From: Eledone cirrhosa
Taxonomy: Eukaryota
Length of the DNA: 64,000 bases
Assembly (NCBI GenBank): GCA_964016885.1
Contig: OZ024740.1
Coordinates: 353,772,001 to 353,836,000, forward strand
Direction: 5' to 3'
Part shown: positions 42,961-57,976 of the stretch, piece by piece
How positions within the stretch are numbered: the stretch's first letter is position 1
How the letters are laid out: every line of letters begins with the position of its first letter
Program-made: the position numbers and the translations under genes
The notes under the pieces: generated by a model
The model's database searches: none
What the model was told of the DNA's origin: nothing
The model's input: the letters and a program-made list of their open reading frames with translations, nothing else

Positions 42961-43040
42961 GTTTCCTGATGAGTTCGAAGCTCGAGAATTTATCCTTGAT
43001 AGGATATTTCCGAAAGCGAACGAAACCCTAGGGTAGAAAT
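42961..43040 (+). ncRNA. Type I hammerhead ribozyme with palindromic stem III, in pLTR-like segment 42720-43315
   Basis: gtttc CTGATGA gttcg...cgaac GAAA ccctaggg TA gaaat. Confidence 0.85.
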
Positions 43041-43311
43041 GTAATCCTGGTATGTGTATATGCATTTTTTCTTCTAACTTTAATTTTATACCTAATTGTG
43101 TATGGTTGACGGTATATTTAATCGATTTCCACGTGCTATTGAAATGTTGGGTAAATATTCTATAGCGGTTGATCGCGAATAGATGGCTGTCTTTTATTTA
43201 TCTACTATTTCTTCATAGGTGCCTTTTAATCTTATAGCCTGGTTTAATTGTTTTTTGTGTGCTTGATTATGCTAATTGGGAGAAGAAATGGTGTATATAT
43301 ATTAACAAATG

Positions 43312-43385
<74 letters not shown>

Positions 43386-43589
43386 TAGATAGATATCCTA
43401 GCGGCTTCTCTTGGAATCCGGTGGACGGCGCTAGCTGTCAGTCTTTCAATATTCAATGGTGGGCCTTCAAAATATTTATTTATTAAACATATTGTATATC
43501 TTTAGCTATGCGAAATTCACATTCACATATGTATACAGCTATGCCGAATCAAATTTATACACATATATATATAGAAATATATATATATA

Positions 43590-44359
43590 TATCAAATAAG
43601 ACTATTTTCGAAATAGCAAGCGAGTTTGAAATTATAAATATAAGGTATCGCTGTATTTTGACTAAAGAAATTAAAGAAATTATTTAGCCTGATAGTGGGG
43701 TTAAGAATCCCCGGAGAAATAGAAAAAGATGAGTATTGATGTACGTCAATACTCATCTTTTTCCATTTCTCCGAGGGTTCTTAACTATATCAGGCTAAAT
43801 AATTTCTTTAGTCAAAATACGGTGATAACTTATATTTCTTATATATATATATATATAGAATAGCTTTTACTGTATTTTTCAACTAAAGAAATTTTAGTCT
43901 GATAATGGGGTTTAGAACCCTCAGATAAATGGAAAAAGATGAGTATTGACATACATGGGAGTCAAACCCACATCTTTGGTTATCCAGACTACTGTGCTAC
44001 CATTTACACCAACACATCACCCATCTCCTTCCATTCTAATTAGAAGCTACATTCTTAGCGAGTATAAATGTAAGTATGTTTTGAAACAGTGAGCAGGTTT
44101 GAAATTAGAAAATAGAATAGCTTTCACCGTATTTTTCAACTAAAGAAATTTTAGCCTGATAATGGGGTTTAGAACCCTCAGATAAATGGATAATAAAAGA
44201 TGTGGGTTCGACTCCCATGTACGTCAATACTCATCTTTTTCCATTTATCTGAGGGTTCTAAACCCCATTATCAGACTAAAATTTCTTTAGTTGAAAAATA
44301 CGGTGAAAGCTATTCTATTTTCTAATTTCAAACCTGCTCACTGTTTCAAAACATACTTA

Positions 44360-44362
<3 letters not shown>
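43590..44362. mobile_element. tRNA-containing fold-back repeat family (two adjacent insertions)
   Basis: ~258-bp direct unit plus a ~290-bp palindrome at 44070-44360; related copy at 62655-62925. Confidence 0.8.
43947..44018 (-). tRNA. tRNA-like cloverleaf (pseudo-tRNA; loop CUGGAUA)
   Basis: GATGTGT TG GTGT AAATGGTA GCAC A GTAGT CTGGATA ACCAA AGAT GTGGG TTTGACT CCCAT GTATGTC A, with TTTTT shortly after; anticodon stem mismatched. Confidence 0.6.
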
Positions 44363-44431
<69 letters not shown>

Positions 44432-44433
44432 CA

Positions 44434-44862
44434 ATGAACCCTACAGTAACAAAATGCGGAAGGCCCAACTGTAGCATATGCATAAATCTAATAGGTTCAA
44501 CATTCCATTTTAAACAAGGACAACATTTCACAGTTAAACACAACTTTACATGTGCATCTGAAAACCTAATCTATGTTTTGACCTGTTCAGGTTGTCAAGA
44601 GCACTACATGGGACAGACAAAAAACAGCCTCCAACAACGTATGACTGTCCATAAATCACAAATCAAAATACAGGCATACAGAAGGATTGCATTTAGTGAA
44701 CATATCGCCAATTGTGAACCCAACCAACATCTAAACTTTAAAATTTTCCCCATTGACAAATTCATAGGCAACGTTACTTTCATCCATCGTACCAATAAGG
44801 AAACGTATTTCATTAACAAATTCCAACCTCTACTTAATACACTAAACTTCGGACTAAACTAA
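44434..44862 (+). CDS. Penelope-like GIY-YIG endonuclease domain; element extends to ~45510
   Basis: CGRPNCSIC..FTCASENLIYVLTCSGCQEHYMGQTKNSLQQRMTVH..ETYFINKFQPLLN. Confidence 0.88.
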   Translation: MNPTVTKCGRPNCSICINLIGSTFHFKQGQHFTVKHNFTCASENLIYVLTCSGCQEHYMGQTKNSLQQRMTVHKSQIKIQAYRRIAFSEHIANCEPNQHLNFKIFPIDKFIGNVTFIHRTNKETYFINKFQPLLNTLNFGLN

Positions 44863-45507
44863 AACTGGAACGAACAATCAAACATTTACAAATACCTATG
44901 TCTCTCTGAAGAGTTACCTCCCTCACACACTACCTAATCCTTTTTCTTAAATAAATTAAATATCATCCAGCATGAATTACCTCCCCCTGCATATTAACTC
45001 TCTAAAAAGGGAAATCACATCAAACCCCAGTCCACCATTTGCCTCCATCATGGATCAACTAAGCACTCTTGCTATATTAACACATTTTGATCTGCTTATC
45101 TTCAAGAACTATGCCTGTAAATAACATTTTTTCTTTCACATTGACTTATTATGCTCCACATTACTCCCCTTTTTTTTCTTTTTTCTTTTCACTTCATAAA
45201 CCTTGTTTGTAAATAACATTATTCTTTCTGAACCATTTCTTTAACATCTCCAACACCACCATTCTACACCAATACATATTATCATTTGATAATGCATAAA
45301 AATGGCGAAACCGGTAATAGACAATTATTAAATATATAAATAAATAAATGCCATTGTTAATTAATAAATAAATCAACATTTAGCACTTCACGTAAAGTAA
45401 AATATTTCGTTTTAATCATTTTCTAACCCAGAAAAAAAGAGAGAAATAAATAAAAATGGAAAAAAAAAAAATGTTTTTCTTCCTAATAATCGTCTTTTTC
45501 TCCATGT

Positions 45508-45657
<150 letters not shown>

Positions 45658-45899
45658 ATAATAAATGCGAAGACTAAAATCCAAAGAAGGCTCGATAAGG
45701 ATGAATATATATCAAATATATAAGAAACCTAGAGCAAATATTTATTAAAATAACAGATTAAAGTTTAAGCAATGAATCGCTGCTTTCACCCTGTGTCTGT
45801 GTGTGTGTGTGTGTATACACACACACACACATATATATATTGTATATAAATATATGTATGTATGTATATATCAATAATACATAACGAAGGCTAGATTTC

Positions 45900-46142
45900 A
45901 TAATTTCTTTAATTATGCAATAGCCATGATGTGTAATTCTGTGCTGAGATAGCTACATCATGATACCATGACACAATCTATAACACGTCGTCTTCACTAC
46001 ATTTCAATGCTTAGCATATGGATTACATATCGTTTGACTTGTGCCATCTGAAACCGGCGCATCGTGGATTACATATGGTATCATGATGTAGCCATCTCAG
46101 CACAGAAATACCCATCATGGCTATTGCGTAATTAAAGAAATA
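45900..46142. repeat. Inverted repeat (~65-bp arms)
   Basis: 45904-45969 is the reverse complement of 46074-46141. Confidence 0.8.
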
Positions 46143-48845
46143 AAATTAAAATGTAGCATTCGTGTTGCATTTATGATGTATTTAACTCCGTCATATGATT
46201 CCATATCAAAATTGATAATATACACATGACGTCGTGTAACATCATACCTTGCTTAATCACAACACTTGCTATCAATCAGGAAACACCCTATAACACACAC
46301 ACAAAATGGGATCCAATCATTGCAACACTGATGGAAAAATGTGTGGAATGCAATGAGGATAATATTGAAAAATAAAACTAATTTGGTCACCCTTGTCTTT
46401 AGACTGGATTGCCTCGGAAACGCAACCTTGTTACATAAAGATGTTGTCTGATTATATCACGCGACCAGTTACGAGAACGAAAAATCACGTAGCCATGATC
46501 GTTATTAAAATATGCATCACAACTTTAGTAATAAAGGAGTTTTCTATACTGAACTTCGTATTTTCCTTATTCTGTCACTGACTGACAAATCATATTTGGA
46601 GGAAAATATATGAGGTTGAGTGCTTGAATCGAATTGCACCATTATCCACTGATTAGTGCGTTGCATGCGCAATCCTGTTTAGTCAACCTGTTTACCGTAA
46701 GTATACAAATACACACATGCACACATATAAACCACAAAACATGGTTTGTAACGGCAAGTAATGCTTGAACTACAGTACATATATATTTCAGTGAATGTGT
46801 GTGTGTTTCTCTGCGCACGCGTGTGTGCTTCTGTGCGTGTGCATGTTTGTTTCAGTGCGTGAGCGTGTGTATTTATGGAAAGGCAGTAAGGGAGGAAAAG
46901 TAAAGACAAAGAGATATAAGAGACAGAAAACTTTTTAAACAGTAAATTTAGTGAACACAATCCTCATATAAGTATCGTCTTCCAAAATAATGTTAAATAT
47001 TTCTGCTCTGTTAATAATTGGTAAGAGCTCTGACATTTAGTTTTAATAGGGTACATGTCACACTTAAAAGTCGGACATTTCCTGCCTCACATGCCGTTCT
47101 TTGTGTGGAGTTTCATTTGCAGTGCATTTTGTATTAAGACAGCATTCCATATTGTTGACGTTCCTGATGTAAATGTTGCTACTTTTGCCGTTGTTGCTGA
47201 CATTGCTGCGATGTCTTTTGTTTTTCTATCTTCTGCTGATGTAGTGGTTGCAATTGTTTTTTTTCATTCTCTTTTTATCTGCCTTTGTTGACTATTGGGT
47301 TATTGCTTTGGCTCTTTTAGCTATCATGTTTGCTAATGATATTGTTGCTTCTAATGACGTTGTAACAGTTGTTCTTGCTGATATTGGTTGAATTCACCAC
47401 AGCCTCAGTTTTGTAGGAGCGCAGGTTCACAATCTTTTGGGCCTTAGAGTTATGAATGTTTCCGAACTCTCTACTTTTTGACATTTCTTCGAAAGGTTTT
47501 AATAACTCACCATCTTTTTCATTTGAGGAAAAGAAAAGTGTCAAGTAAATATCTGAGTGTTTCTTGGTTTGACTTCCATCAGAAGTTCATATTGTATTAG
47601 AAACACTGCATACCTTCTGCTCACTTATGAAAGATTGTCACTACAACCCCTGCTTTATTTCTCTCTCGCTACGTACCCCAACTAGAGTGGGATGTTCTAG
47701 CCGTCTGTTTTTCGGGTTGATGCACTTCTATGTAAATATTCTTTTGATAGTCATTCACTTCTTTTGCTGATAACGCAATAATTATACTGATAATAATAAT
47801 TCTTTCTTTAATGGCCGAAACTAAATATTGCAAGGGCCGAAACTAAATACTGCAAGAAATTTAGTTTAGCATGCTACTATTTACCCTATTTTACAGTTAT
47901 CACAAAAGGAATAATATATATTTATGTCTATTTTATGCATTGCTAATATTTTTCTTATTTATTGTACATAATATATATTTCAGACATACCTAATACTATT
48001 GAGTGATTGGTACTATACAAAATAATTTCAATTAGGTAACATTAACCTTACATTGAAGAGAAAAACAATTAGCTCAACAACTAATTCTAATCAAATTAGC
48101 AGTAGTAACCAGGTAGAAAACATTAGACTTAAACGACTTAATTTATACATAGTTAAGAATTACTTTGCATACACACCGAATAATAAACATACATTTAGTC
48201 ATAGTACACTCACACACACACACGCACACATGCACGCACGTACACATACACACACACGCACGCACACATGCACTCAACAATACGCTTATGTACATATATA
48301 CATGCATATAAATTAATGTTTTGTCTCTCGTCTCTTACGCTACTGGACAGCGTTTTGGCTTGTGGCAGACGCTGTGACCAGCAGTATCGTTGGCAGGGGT
48401 CGAAACTGCCAAAGTCCATCTCAAAGGCCGCATTTTTTTTTTTTTTTTAATGATTTTTTAAGGTTCCCCCTTAAAAATTTGTTTTTCGTTTTGCCTTGTT
48501 TTCATTCGATGTCTTGTCCTTTCTTTGTTAACCTTCTTAAGGTTATCAATACTAATGTGACAAACATGTTATCCCTTCTCTCCACTTAATTTCAATGGCC
48601 ATACACACGCGACGAGTGTTCCAATTGATCCAATCTACAGAACAGCCGTGAAATTAACGGACAAGTGGCTGAGTATTCCACAGATACGCCTATCCTTAAT
48701 GAGGAATTATAGGTACAACGTGAAATAATTTCCTAACGACGACATCCACAAAAAACATACTTAATGCAGTAAGTAAAATAAATTCGATTAAGATTAACTT
48801 TGAAGTGTGGAAAGTGAAATATAGGCTCAATGATTAATATTAATT

Positions 48846-48952
48846 AAATCCCGCCGAGGTTAACTTTGCCTTTCATCCTTAAGCGTCGATAAAATAAAGT
48901 ACCAGTAATACACTGGATAATTTCTGGCCTTGTGCCAAAAGTAGAAACAATT
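48846..48952 (+). mobile_element. 5'-truncated SINE
   Basis: Conserved core; flanked by ATTAATTAAATC repeats. Confidence 0.85.
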
Positions 48953-51900
48953 AATTAAATCTTGTCGAATCAAAGGGGTGACAACTCCCACATTAATTAA
49001 AATTAGAATTATCCATGTAGTGAGTAGATGAAAACATTAGCTCAAGAACTAATCTAAATAATTGAGCTTATGTTTTCCTCTCCTCAAAGCAAGAGTAATT
49101 TTAATTGAATTCTTTTTAGCGGGACTCGGTATATTAAGTATTTTAGTTCTCTTAATACAATTAATGTATATTGTGTTCCTAGCTAATTTGCCTCTAATTA
49201 TGTTGCATGTTTTATTTTTTCGCTTCATTTCGCAGTAGTTGTACAGAAACTGTATGCATTTTTCTGCCCTTTTCAGGATCTCTTGGGAAGAATATATTGA
49301 AATAGTTTCACGCCGCCTGCAGTAGAGGACGTGTACTAAACATAAAGCAGAGAATAATTTAATGAGAAAAATAGTTCAGGGATGCCATCCCAATAAAAAC
49401 AATACTTAAGTTTATGCTCCAATATTCAAAGAAATTAATTAAATATAATTATGCGATAAGAAAGACTGCAATATCAGTTCGTAACCAATATTATGTTAAT
49501 TATTCCGGCGAATTTTGGAGACAACTCCGGACACATTTTGGTCTTATTAGACCTACTCAGCGAAGAAGCATAGATTTCACTGTAATTACCGAAGCAATTA
49601 TACGAAATAGGAATCACTTCCTCAGTGCACTTTTGTCTAACTCCAGTGCCTTTTAAGTGTTGTGAATTTTGTTTATTTGATTTATATTATTAATATAATT
49701 GTTATTATTATTGATAATGATGATGATGATGATGATGACCTGAACATTGAAGCAATTTCAGATAAGATTACATCAAATAAGAAAACCGTTAGCTAAATTC
49801 ATGTTTAATTGTATGCATTTTCGATAGTCTCAAATTTTTTATTATTTTAAAATAGAATTGGCTCTTTAGATAGAAAATGTTCCAGACCACTGGTATATTG
49901 AAGTATATTAAAGTACTTTGGCCGCGAACATGGCGCAACGCCAGTAACAGGAAACGAATTTCACAACTCTTCAACGATCGTACACCATGTCAACACGGCT
50001 ATAATATTTGACAAATCTATTCATAAGGAAATATACCTATCGTTATATATATTTTCACTTTTAGAAGAGATTGTAATTCTTTTTACGGCTACCGCAAGCA
50101 AGAATAAAAATTAGAAAGTCAATTTCAAAAGATTATATCCGACAGTTATTCGAAAAATTTGGAGACATAAAAACATAAATAATGACTTATCATTTTTCTT
50201 TTTACAGAATAAAAGCAATAAAACAATTAAAAGACCATTCATTCAATCATCAGGAGACGACCTCAAATATTTTTAGTCAGCAAAAATGATATAGTTATTA
50301 TTTTTACTAACGAAGCATTTCAACCAAGATTTATCAAGTGTGTGATATAAAAATACAAGTCTAAATAAACGAATTTTCCCTAAAGTACAAAAGTCGGTGG
50401 GAACAGAAAAAAACTAAAATAGACTTTTATAAATGAAAAGAGAACAGAGAAGTTATATTTTTTTTCATTTTAAAATTCACTTAATAAAGATATTTGCGTA
50501 TATCCAACATACAAAAATATCGTCGCAACTGTTTATATTAAGGTCATAATAATATGATTATATAAACGCATCTTTTTACCGAAAGGCAATTTTATCTGAA
50601 ATGTGTGTTCTAATTTTGAAGTTTTAAGACTGAATATTTAACTAAATTTGTCAAAGTTGTTCAACGAATATCACATCAAAATAGCAACAACAACAACAAT
50701 AATGGTAATAATATGACAAAAATGCAAAGCCTATTTATTGCAGATTTTCTGTCGATATCTTTTCATAATGAGGGAAGAGAACTGAAAGTATCAATGTAGA
50801 ATTTAAGAAAAAGGATGATGATCATTATGCTAATGATAATCTATCTCTCTATATATAGGACCCCCCCCCCCAAAAAAAAAAAACGGTTGGCTTAAGAAGC
50901 AATAGAAAACTTTGAAATTAGAAATGTGATCATCCTAAAGGAAATGACCATAATAATAGTCGATTACTATAAATTGTATACGAGAAAACTTATAGTCATT
51001 TGCGTTAGGATGTATACATTTCAAATTTTACATTAGACTAAAGCTTCTTTTCACTTTTAGCTACAGGCTTAGAATAAAAAATAAAATAAAAAAAACTGTA
51101 ACCAGTGCCCAGGAAAGGTTGAATTTATCCAAAGTTTAAACACTCCGTGCTGAAAAGAAAAAAGACATATTGCACGAGGTATTGACATTTGGTTCAAGTC
51201 ACTGAATTTCAATCTCCCAGACTTATAAGTAGATTTACAACTATCATATATAAATAAATGCGTATGCACCCTAGTAGTGAATCTCTACATGAACCATTTA
51301 TTGCTAGAGTGCACCAAAAGATACATAGGTACCTTGTGCGTTCATTAATACCAGCTTCACGAATAGAGTCTCTTTAAGCTTTGTGCTTCGGAAACGATAT
51401 GTTCAGCTTCTAGCAACAAGGACCGATGTTCTTTGCTGCTGGTCAATTCCAGCACATCCGACCTATCTTCTGGTTTCAGTAACATGGTCTGTATCGTGAG
51501 ACCAGGTCCTTCCGAAACAATACAACGACCCCCGCTTCCCAATCCAGGAGTACAAGGAGATCTGTATACCTTATAGTCTCCAAAAATATGTGCGAAGGCA
51601 CGTATCTCAGAAATACTGGTCCTGCTGGTGTCTAAGACGACCCATTTACACAGCTTATTCTAAGACCATAATTGATGAAGATGAGCAAAAGTGAGAAGGA
51701 CCAGTTACCTTATTTGTGTGGCGGAAGGACGGCTGATTCGTCCTTTCAACTATTTTGTGTGTTTCCCTAAGAATATCGCAGTATATCCTTTTACAGATGG
51801 GTACTAGTATGTCTACAATTGCTGTGAGGAATTTCAGCTTTAAGATTTTGTAAGTGTCTTGCTTTATTTGGATGATTTTTACGAGTTTTAGTATAGTTAT

Positions 51901-52149
51901 TATCGGTCTGATGCAATTATTTTCTGTAATGTTTGTATATGGGTCTAAGTAATACTTTAAATTTTTTTTTTTTCTTGCGCTTATGGCTGTGCAATTTGAC
52001 TATTATTGTTTTTGGTGTTATTGTTGGAGGTGTGGGTTGTATTTCGTTTGAGAGGTCTTTGGCGTCTCTAATAGTGGTGATGGTGGTGGTGGTTATGGAG
52101 AGGGCGATAGTATTTGCGTCGAGTGCTTTGAGGTTTTAATTTTTTCGGC

Positions 52150-52760
52150 CCTTTTTAGTAGACGAAGTCAGAAGATTCTTTCTTTCCTTGTGGGACACAG
52201 TTGTCATTCCTTCCCCTCACTACAATCCATATCCGATTATGCTAAGTTGAGAATGGAAATAACCTCTATGTGTGTCGGTATTGCTCTTGTTGTTGGTTCT
52301 GTCGTCCTTAGTGCTATTTGTACAACTGCCGTTATTTTAGCAGTTGCAGCTGCTATTGCTGCTGCTAGTGACACTACTGCTATTTTCGATTTACTGTGGC
52401 CGCTGCAGATGATTTAGCATTAGTAGGAGAGAGGACCTTCGTTTTATTACAACCTGTTGTGGGAGGAAATCCTTGAGGTAGGGTTTTGCGCCACATGTGT
52501 GACAATTTATCTTCCTGCCTTCTACGACCATGGGGAGATACATGCCGTCCAAGAGGTCTAGTTTAACAGGGGTGGCCTTCATGCACTATGTTGATGATTA
52601 GCTTCATCTCCATTCCAGACCAGTTTTTTTGTTTTTATTCTGAAGACCTGCGGAATAGTCGTTTGTCCTCCACGTCTGACACTTGGGTGACTCTGACCTT
52701 CACCAAACTTTGGTCGCAATAGGTCTACAATAAGGTCTTCACTCCTCACTGGTGGCCTCA
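52150..52760 (-). mobile_element. LINE ORF1-like remnant with zinc knuckle
   Basis: LPMVVEGRKINCHTCGAKPYLKDF, similar to L1/Tx1 ORF1. Confidence 0.5.
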
Positions 52761-52761
52761 T

Positions 52762-53980
52762 ATGCAATAGCAAATCTCACATCTACTGTTCCAAAACTTC
52801 TCCATCAGGCTATGTGTGTGTTGCGTCCCCATACACACCCGCATATCGGACAGGTCCGGCTGACGGCTCTTCCATGCCTGTAGAGTTTATCCCGAACTGA
52901 TAAAGCTCCTCGGTAGCACTGCCAAGCCAGAGATTTATGGAAATACTCCATGGGCACCGGCCCGAATTTTTCCTGGAAGATATTGACTAATTGATTTCCA
53001 TCGACGCCCAGGGTCTAGCCAAGGGTATCGTCGCTCGTATCCTCCACTAACCTTCTATAGAACGCCAAGGTGGAGTTTACACCAATCGTAGTGCCCAATT
53101 GGTTGAGGGCAGTGAGCGCTTGAAAACATCACAGTCTCCAAATGCTTCCTCTCAGTCTTCTCTAACCCAGGACTGCAGCTCCGCCAAGGAGACGAACTGG
53201 GGAAAACGCATCTAGCAAACGGCAACCACACGGTTCACCTGTCAATGAAGTGTTGGAGATACCGTAGCCTCAGCGCATGTTTGCGCCTCATTAGCCATGG
53301 CATGTCCATCCCTCCACGTAGCGGGTGTTGACAGCAGTTGGACCACCTGACCATCGGAACGCGTCCCTTCCACAAAATCTCCAGTGCAGTCAAGCGAGGC
53401 TTAGGATATGGCACGACGGTTAGGCGGTAGTAGATGACGGACGCGATGTACGCGTTCGCAACCTCCTTCCGACCTTTCAGGGACAGCTTACTCTCAGCCC
53501 ATTTCTGGGTGCGAGAGGCCACCCTGCTCGTCACCTCGTCCCAGGTTTTGTCCATTTGGAGGTTCGGACCAAACTAGACCCCCAAACAATTAATCGGTCC
53601 ATCCGTCCAGCGCCAGACGACGCTGTTGGACGACATAGACCTGCCTCTCCAGGTTCCGAGCTGCTGGCCCACCGACCTTTTCTGGTTAATCTTTGCTCCC
53701 GTCATCTCCTCATACTAATTGAGAGCAATGCCGTTCATCTCAATGTGTTTGATGCTGGACAACACTACGGTGATGTCGTCCGCAGCAGTTGACATGGTTC
53801 TCCTGCAGCCCAGTTCGCACGGGAGGCCCCTCAACTTCACCAGGTTGTGCAGTAATGGATCGAGAGGCAATACATACATCATAGACGAGAGGGGACATCC
53901 TTGGCGGACAGAGCACATGATGTTCATTGGTTCTGAAAGGTGACCATTCACTCTCACCACAGAGCAGATGTCGCTGTAAA
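52762..53980 (-). mobile_element. Tx1/L1-clade LINE RT remnant
   Basis: VRVNGHLS..VRQGCPLS..AADDITV; LSLKGRKEVANAYIAS. Confidence 0.88.
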
Positions 53981-55847
53981 CCTCATTTGGTCATTCCATT
54001 TGGTCAGCCTATGAACGTTTCAGCCTATGGTCTTTCCAACCGACCCTCGTATATATACAGTGGTCTTTTGCCTTTTCCCTCTCTCAAATGCAAAGCGAAC
54101 TCCTTAACCAAAAAGCCATGTCTGCGCGTATATTAGAAGAATTAATTATATATTAGAAGACACAAATGCCCCCTCCACCCCATACTTGACTGGTACTTAA
54201 ATTTGTCAACTCCGGACGTATGAAAGGCAACACTCGTATCGGTTATAAATAAACTTCCTTTCTGGCTATCTGTCGCCAGATGTACATAGTAAACTTTCTT
54301 CATACTCATTCTTCAAATTAAAAGTATTATCGTTCAAGAGGAAACGTAACATTTTACTTAAGAGTCTAAACTAAAATTATATGGCATTTACATACATTGG
54401 GGGATGACAAAAATGATGTTGCAAAGGGAGGCTTGGCTTAAAAAGAATGGATTTTACTTAACAAGCTCTATACATAATCGACACCGTACAATATTTGAAA
54501 CTAGTACATACAATTGTATGCAATATTACATAACGCCAGTATGTAATATTACTTTACGTCAATATGCATAGCTAAGAAATTCGTTCTTAATTTATAGTTA
54601 GAGCTAACACTTTGATGTCTTGTAATTTGTCGGTAACTGGAAAACTTGTGCTGAAGATGGAAGTCTCGGGCGTTACCGTTCTATATTGTAGAACTGAACA
54701 AAGTCTGGTGTAGAATGCTGGTAAATAAGTATTCTTTTAACCCCTTATATTTAATAGGATTGAAGTTATAGTTTAAACAGTGTAATGCATACCAGCAATG
54801 TGTGTAAACCCCCAGATTGATGAATATTAATGGATGTATACAGTTAGCAGCTGTTTAAAATGGGAGCAAATATTGGTTCTAAAGAGAAAATCCAGAGGTT
54901 ATGATGTAATATGAGCTATATGAAAAAATGCAGTGTCTATTTTTGTTTAATACGACGCCATTAATATTTATATTTTGTCAAAAATCCTTAATTTTTTGTT
55001 ATAAACTCTGATGTCTTCTCTATCTAAAAATTAATTCAATTATACCTTTCTCTCGCTATTCTGTAATATGTATCTATAACAATCAAGTTTGCGAAGTGAC
55101 TTTCATATATATACCCCAAAGCCCTAGACAGAAAGAAACATAGGCATATATATAGAAACATTCGTATCTGCTATCAACCTGTGTATATGTCTAAGAAAGA
55201 GGAATACGCATAAACATCATATACTCATTTAATTTTCTATATTAAAGAAGCAAGAAACGCTTCGTCATTCATTTTGTATAATTGTACAAATTCGAAGATC
55301 ATACAATTCTTTCAAATCACAGAAGATCAATGAATCAAAGTGTGGACACTATGCGCATCAATCTATAAATTCTAAGAGTACTGAACCTTTTACTAGCCAA
55401 AACGAAGCGCTCTAGAACATTCAGTATTTATAGTTAAAGTAAATATTGCCAGTTTACCATTGATAGTTACGTTGCTGACAATATTTCAGCAATGCATGCA
55501 TGTGCCCTTAACTCCTTATAGCATGCCTTGGGTATTTTAAATCTGGTTGAGCCCATTCCATTCTAGGCTTGAAAACAGCTAATTTCTTCCAGAGAAAGAC
55601 AGAGGGGAAAAGAGAAATGAATAGAGAAAGAGGTATAGTGTAACAATCGACCCCCGTGCTGAAATGGTACTATATTTATCGATCTCGAAAATGATGAAAT
55701 ACAAAGTTTACTTCGGCGCAGAGAGGTAAAGGAACACGACAAAGAATACTATTCGACGTTCTAATGTGTCAATGAAACACATTCAAATACAATGTTCCTG
55801 CTTACAGAATTCCGTAACCTCACTCAAATTAGGCTCTGAACCATATG

Positions 55848-56008
<161 letters not shown>

Positions 56009-56799
56009 TTCTTTATTCTTTTAATTATTCAAACGTTTCAGTCAATGGGTTGATGCTAGGATGTGGCATCAACTTGAAGGATTTTCAGTCGATTATATAG
56101 ACCCCAGTATTTCTTTTATCGATCTCTATTTGTGGAGCTGCCATGGTAAGAGACATATTAACAAATAGCAACGCAACCACGGACACAAGAACACATTCAT
56201 AGGTAATGTTAGTGCCTTTTGAATTAAAGGGTTATTGGTCAACAAGTCGATACTTTAATATATCGATATTTCCATTATATTGACTCCCATGTTCTAATAC
56301 ATAGGTTGAGTTGCTTCGCGGCCGGTGGGGAGCTATTTTTAGCTTCCTCCTGCCCTCCACTGTTCGAGATTGTAGCAGTTCCTGCCAAGTCGCCTAGCAT
56401 TCAACACGTGTTGGGTCCTGACTCAATCATGGACAGTTGACGTCTTGTTTAATTAATTAATTGATTGGTTAAGATTGGCTCACTTACGAAAGTTCTAATC
56501 TTGTGGTATTTATTGTGATTCTTCGAAACCAGAAACAGCGGCTGTTTGAGTATGAATTAGAACTGTATATTGCTAATATAAAGTAATTAATACAGTTAAT
56601 ACGAAGCATCTAAATTATTTATAGAAATATAAAAATATACTGAAGCAAAATCAAACCAAACAGTGAGTGTGTTTTACTATTCTTTGACAATATTAACATA
56701 ACATGATCCTCCCCAAATATAACAATATCTGTTTCAACACGATTTCATATCAAAAGCCTTGCAAAACAAATACATCGCCGCAACGTTTCGAAAGAAAAA

Positions 56800-57840
56800 C
56801 GTATCTAAAGAAAAAACAAGTTGACTGTGTTAAAATCATTACTAAATAGCCAGTATGCACTGTTGATAACGTTCAGTATAGAAACTGAGGCTAGTTTTAT
56901 TTCTCGAGCTAAACGCCTATATTCTGATGGTGAGTCTTCCAAAAGGAATACAGCTAAAGTTGTTGCTGTTATGGATCCAGAAAATACAAAGCTTCAGTGA
57001 CACGCCACAGGAACTAGTTTCCAACCACACTATATAGAATGTATCTTCTAGATCAGAACTGATGCTGCAAAAAAAAAAAAAATGCAGCATTCCCTTATAT
57101 TGCGTTTTTGAGGAATCTACAGACAACCCATATTTCCTCTGATATAATTGTGAAGGAAGACATGTTAAGCAGGTTACATGAAACTACTTATAATGTTGAC
57201 ATTACAATGAACACGATAGAGCCATAAAAATGCAGGTATTCTAGTGTTGAAGCAGATGGAACATCTGCAATAGTGGGACGAATTCAGAATATTTGCACAG
57301 GATCCAGATTTCCAGATTTTCTTTCTTCATTTTATTGAGGATTTTTAACTTGCAGATAAACCTGTTAATATATCTTTCTACTGTACTGTGAAGTGGCTGT
57401 CAACCAGTAATGTCTTGGGGGATATTTATGGGTCAATTGGAGCTTATTAGTACTGTTCATAAATGAGAGAAAATATCCAATCCTCAACATGAAAAGGATG
57501 ATCGGTTGCAGCTTCTGATGTGACTTCATGACATAATGAATTCTTAAATTGAGACTGCAATGGACCGATGTGATTGTTTTTGGGCTTTATTCAGATAGTT
57601 TAGTTTTCAGAATAAAATGAGTGTTTGATTTGTTTTTCTTCAAAGACAGAAATTTCAGTAACTTTCCAAATCTCATTAAGAGACAAAATATGTTCCCTGT
57701 ATTGAAATAATAACAATAAACTGAGAGAATAGCAAGATAAATTAAATGATTTATAAAATCTGAATCTCTTCTCGTTTTTTTCTAAATGCATTAAAACAGA
57801 GATTATACTGGCCTCTCTCTTGGCGGAGAGTCGTTGAACC
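56800..57840 (-). pseudogene. Degraded EVE: mononegavirus-like L capping (PRNTase, CR V) region
   Basis: One frame with stops: AKREASIISVLMHL (cf. ERRAASLAKIAHM), TSEAATDHPF (cf. the HR motif; CAT CCT is one base from HR), VDSHFTVQ*KDILTGLS (cf. DTNFIYQQIMLTGLS), SHYCRCSIC (cf. HxHxxCxxC). Confidence 0.6.
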
Positions 57841-57888
57841 ACCGGCCGGTATTTTGTCTCTCTCTCTCTCTCCCCCTCTCTCCCTCTA

Positions 57889-57976
<88 letters not shown>

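Noticed and set aside
47050-47700. Short ORFs resembling a LINE ORF1
   Set aside because: No clear motif; low complexity.
49200-51300. Unique AT-rich stretch inspected for host exons or further viral genes
   Set aside because: No convincing ORF, splice-bounded exon or motif seen by eye.
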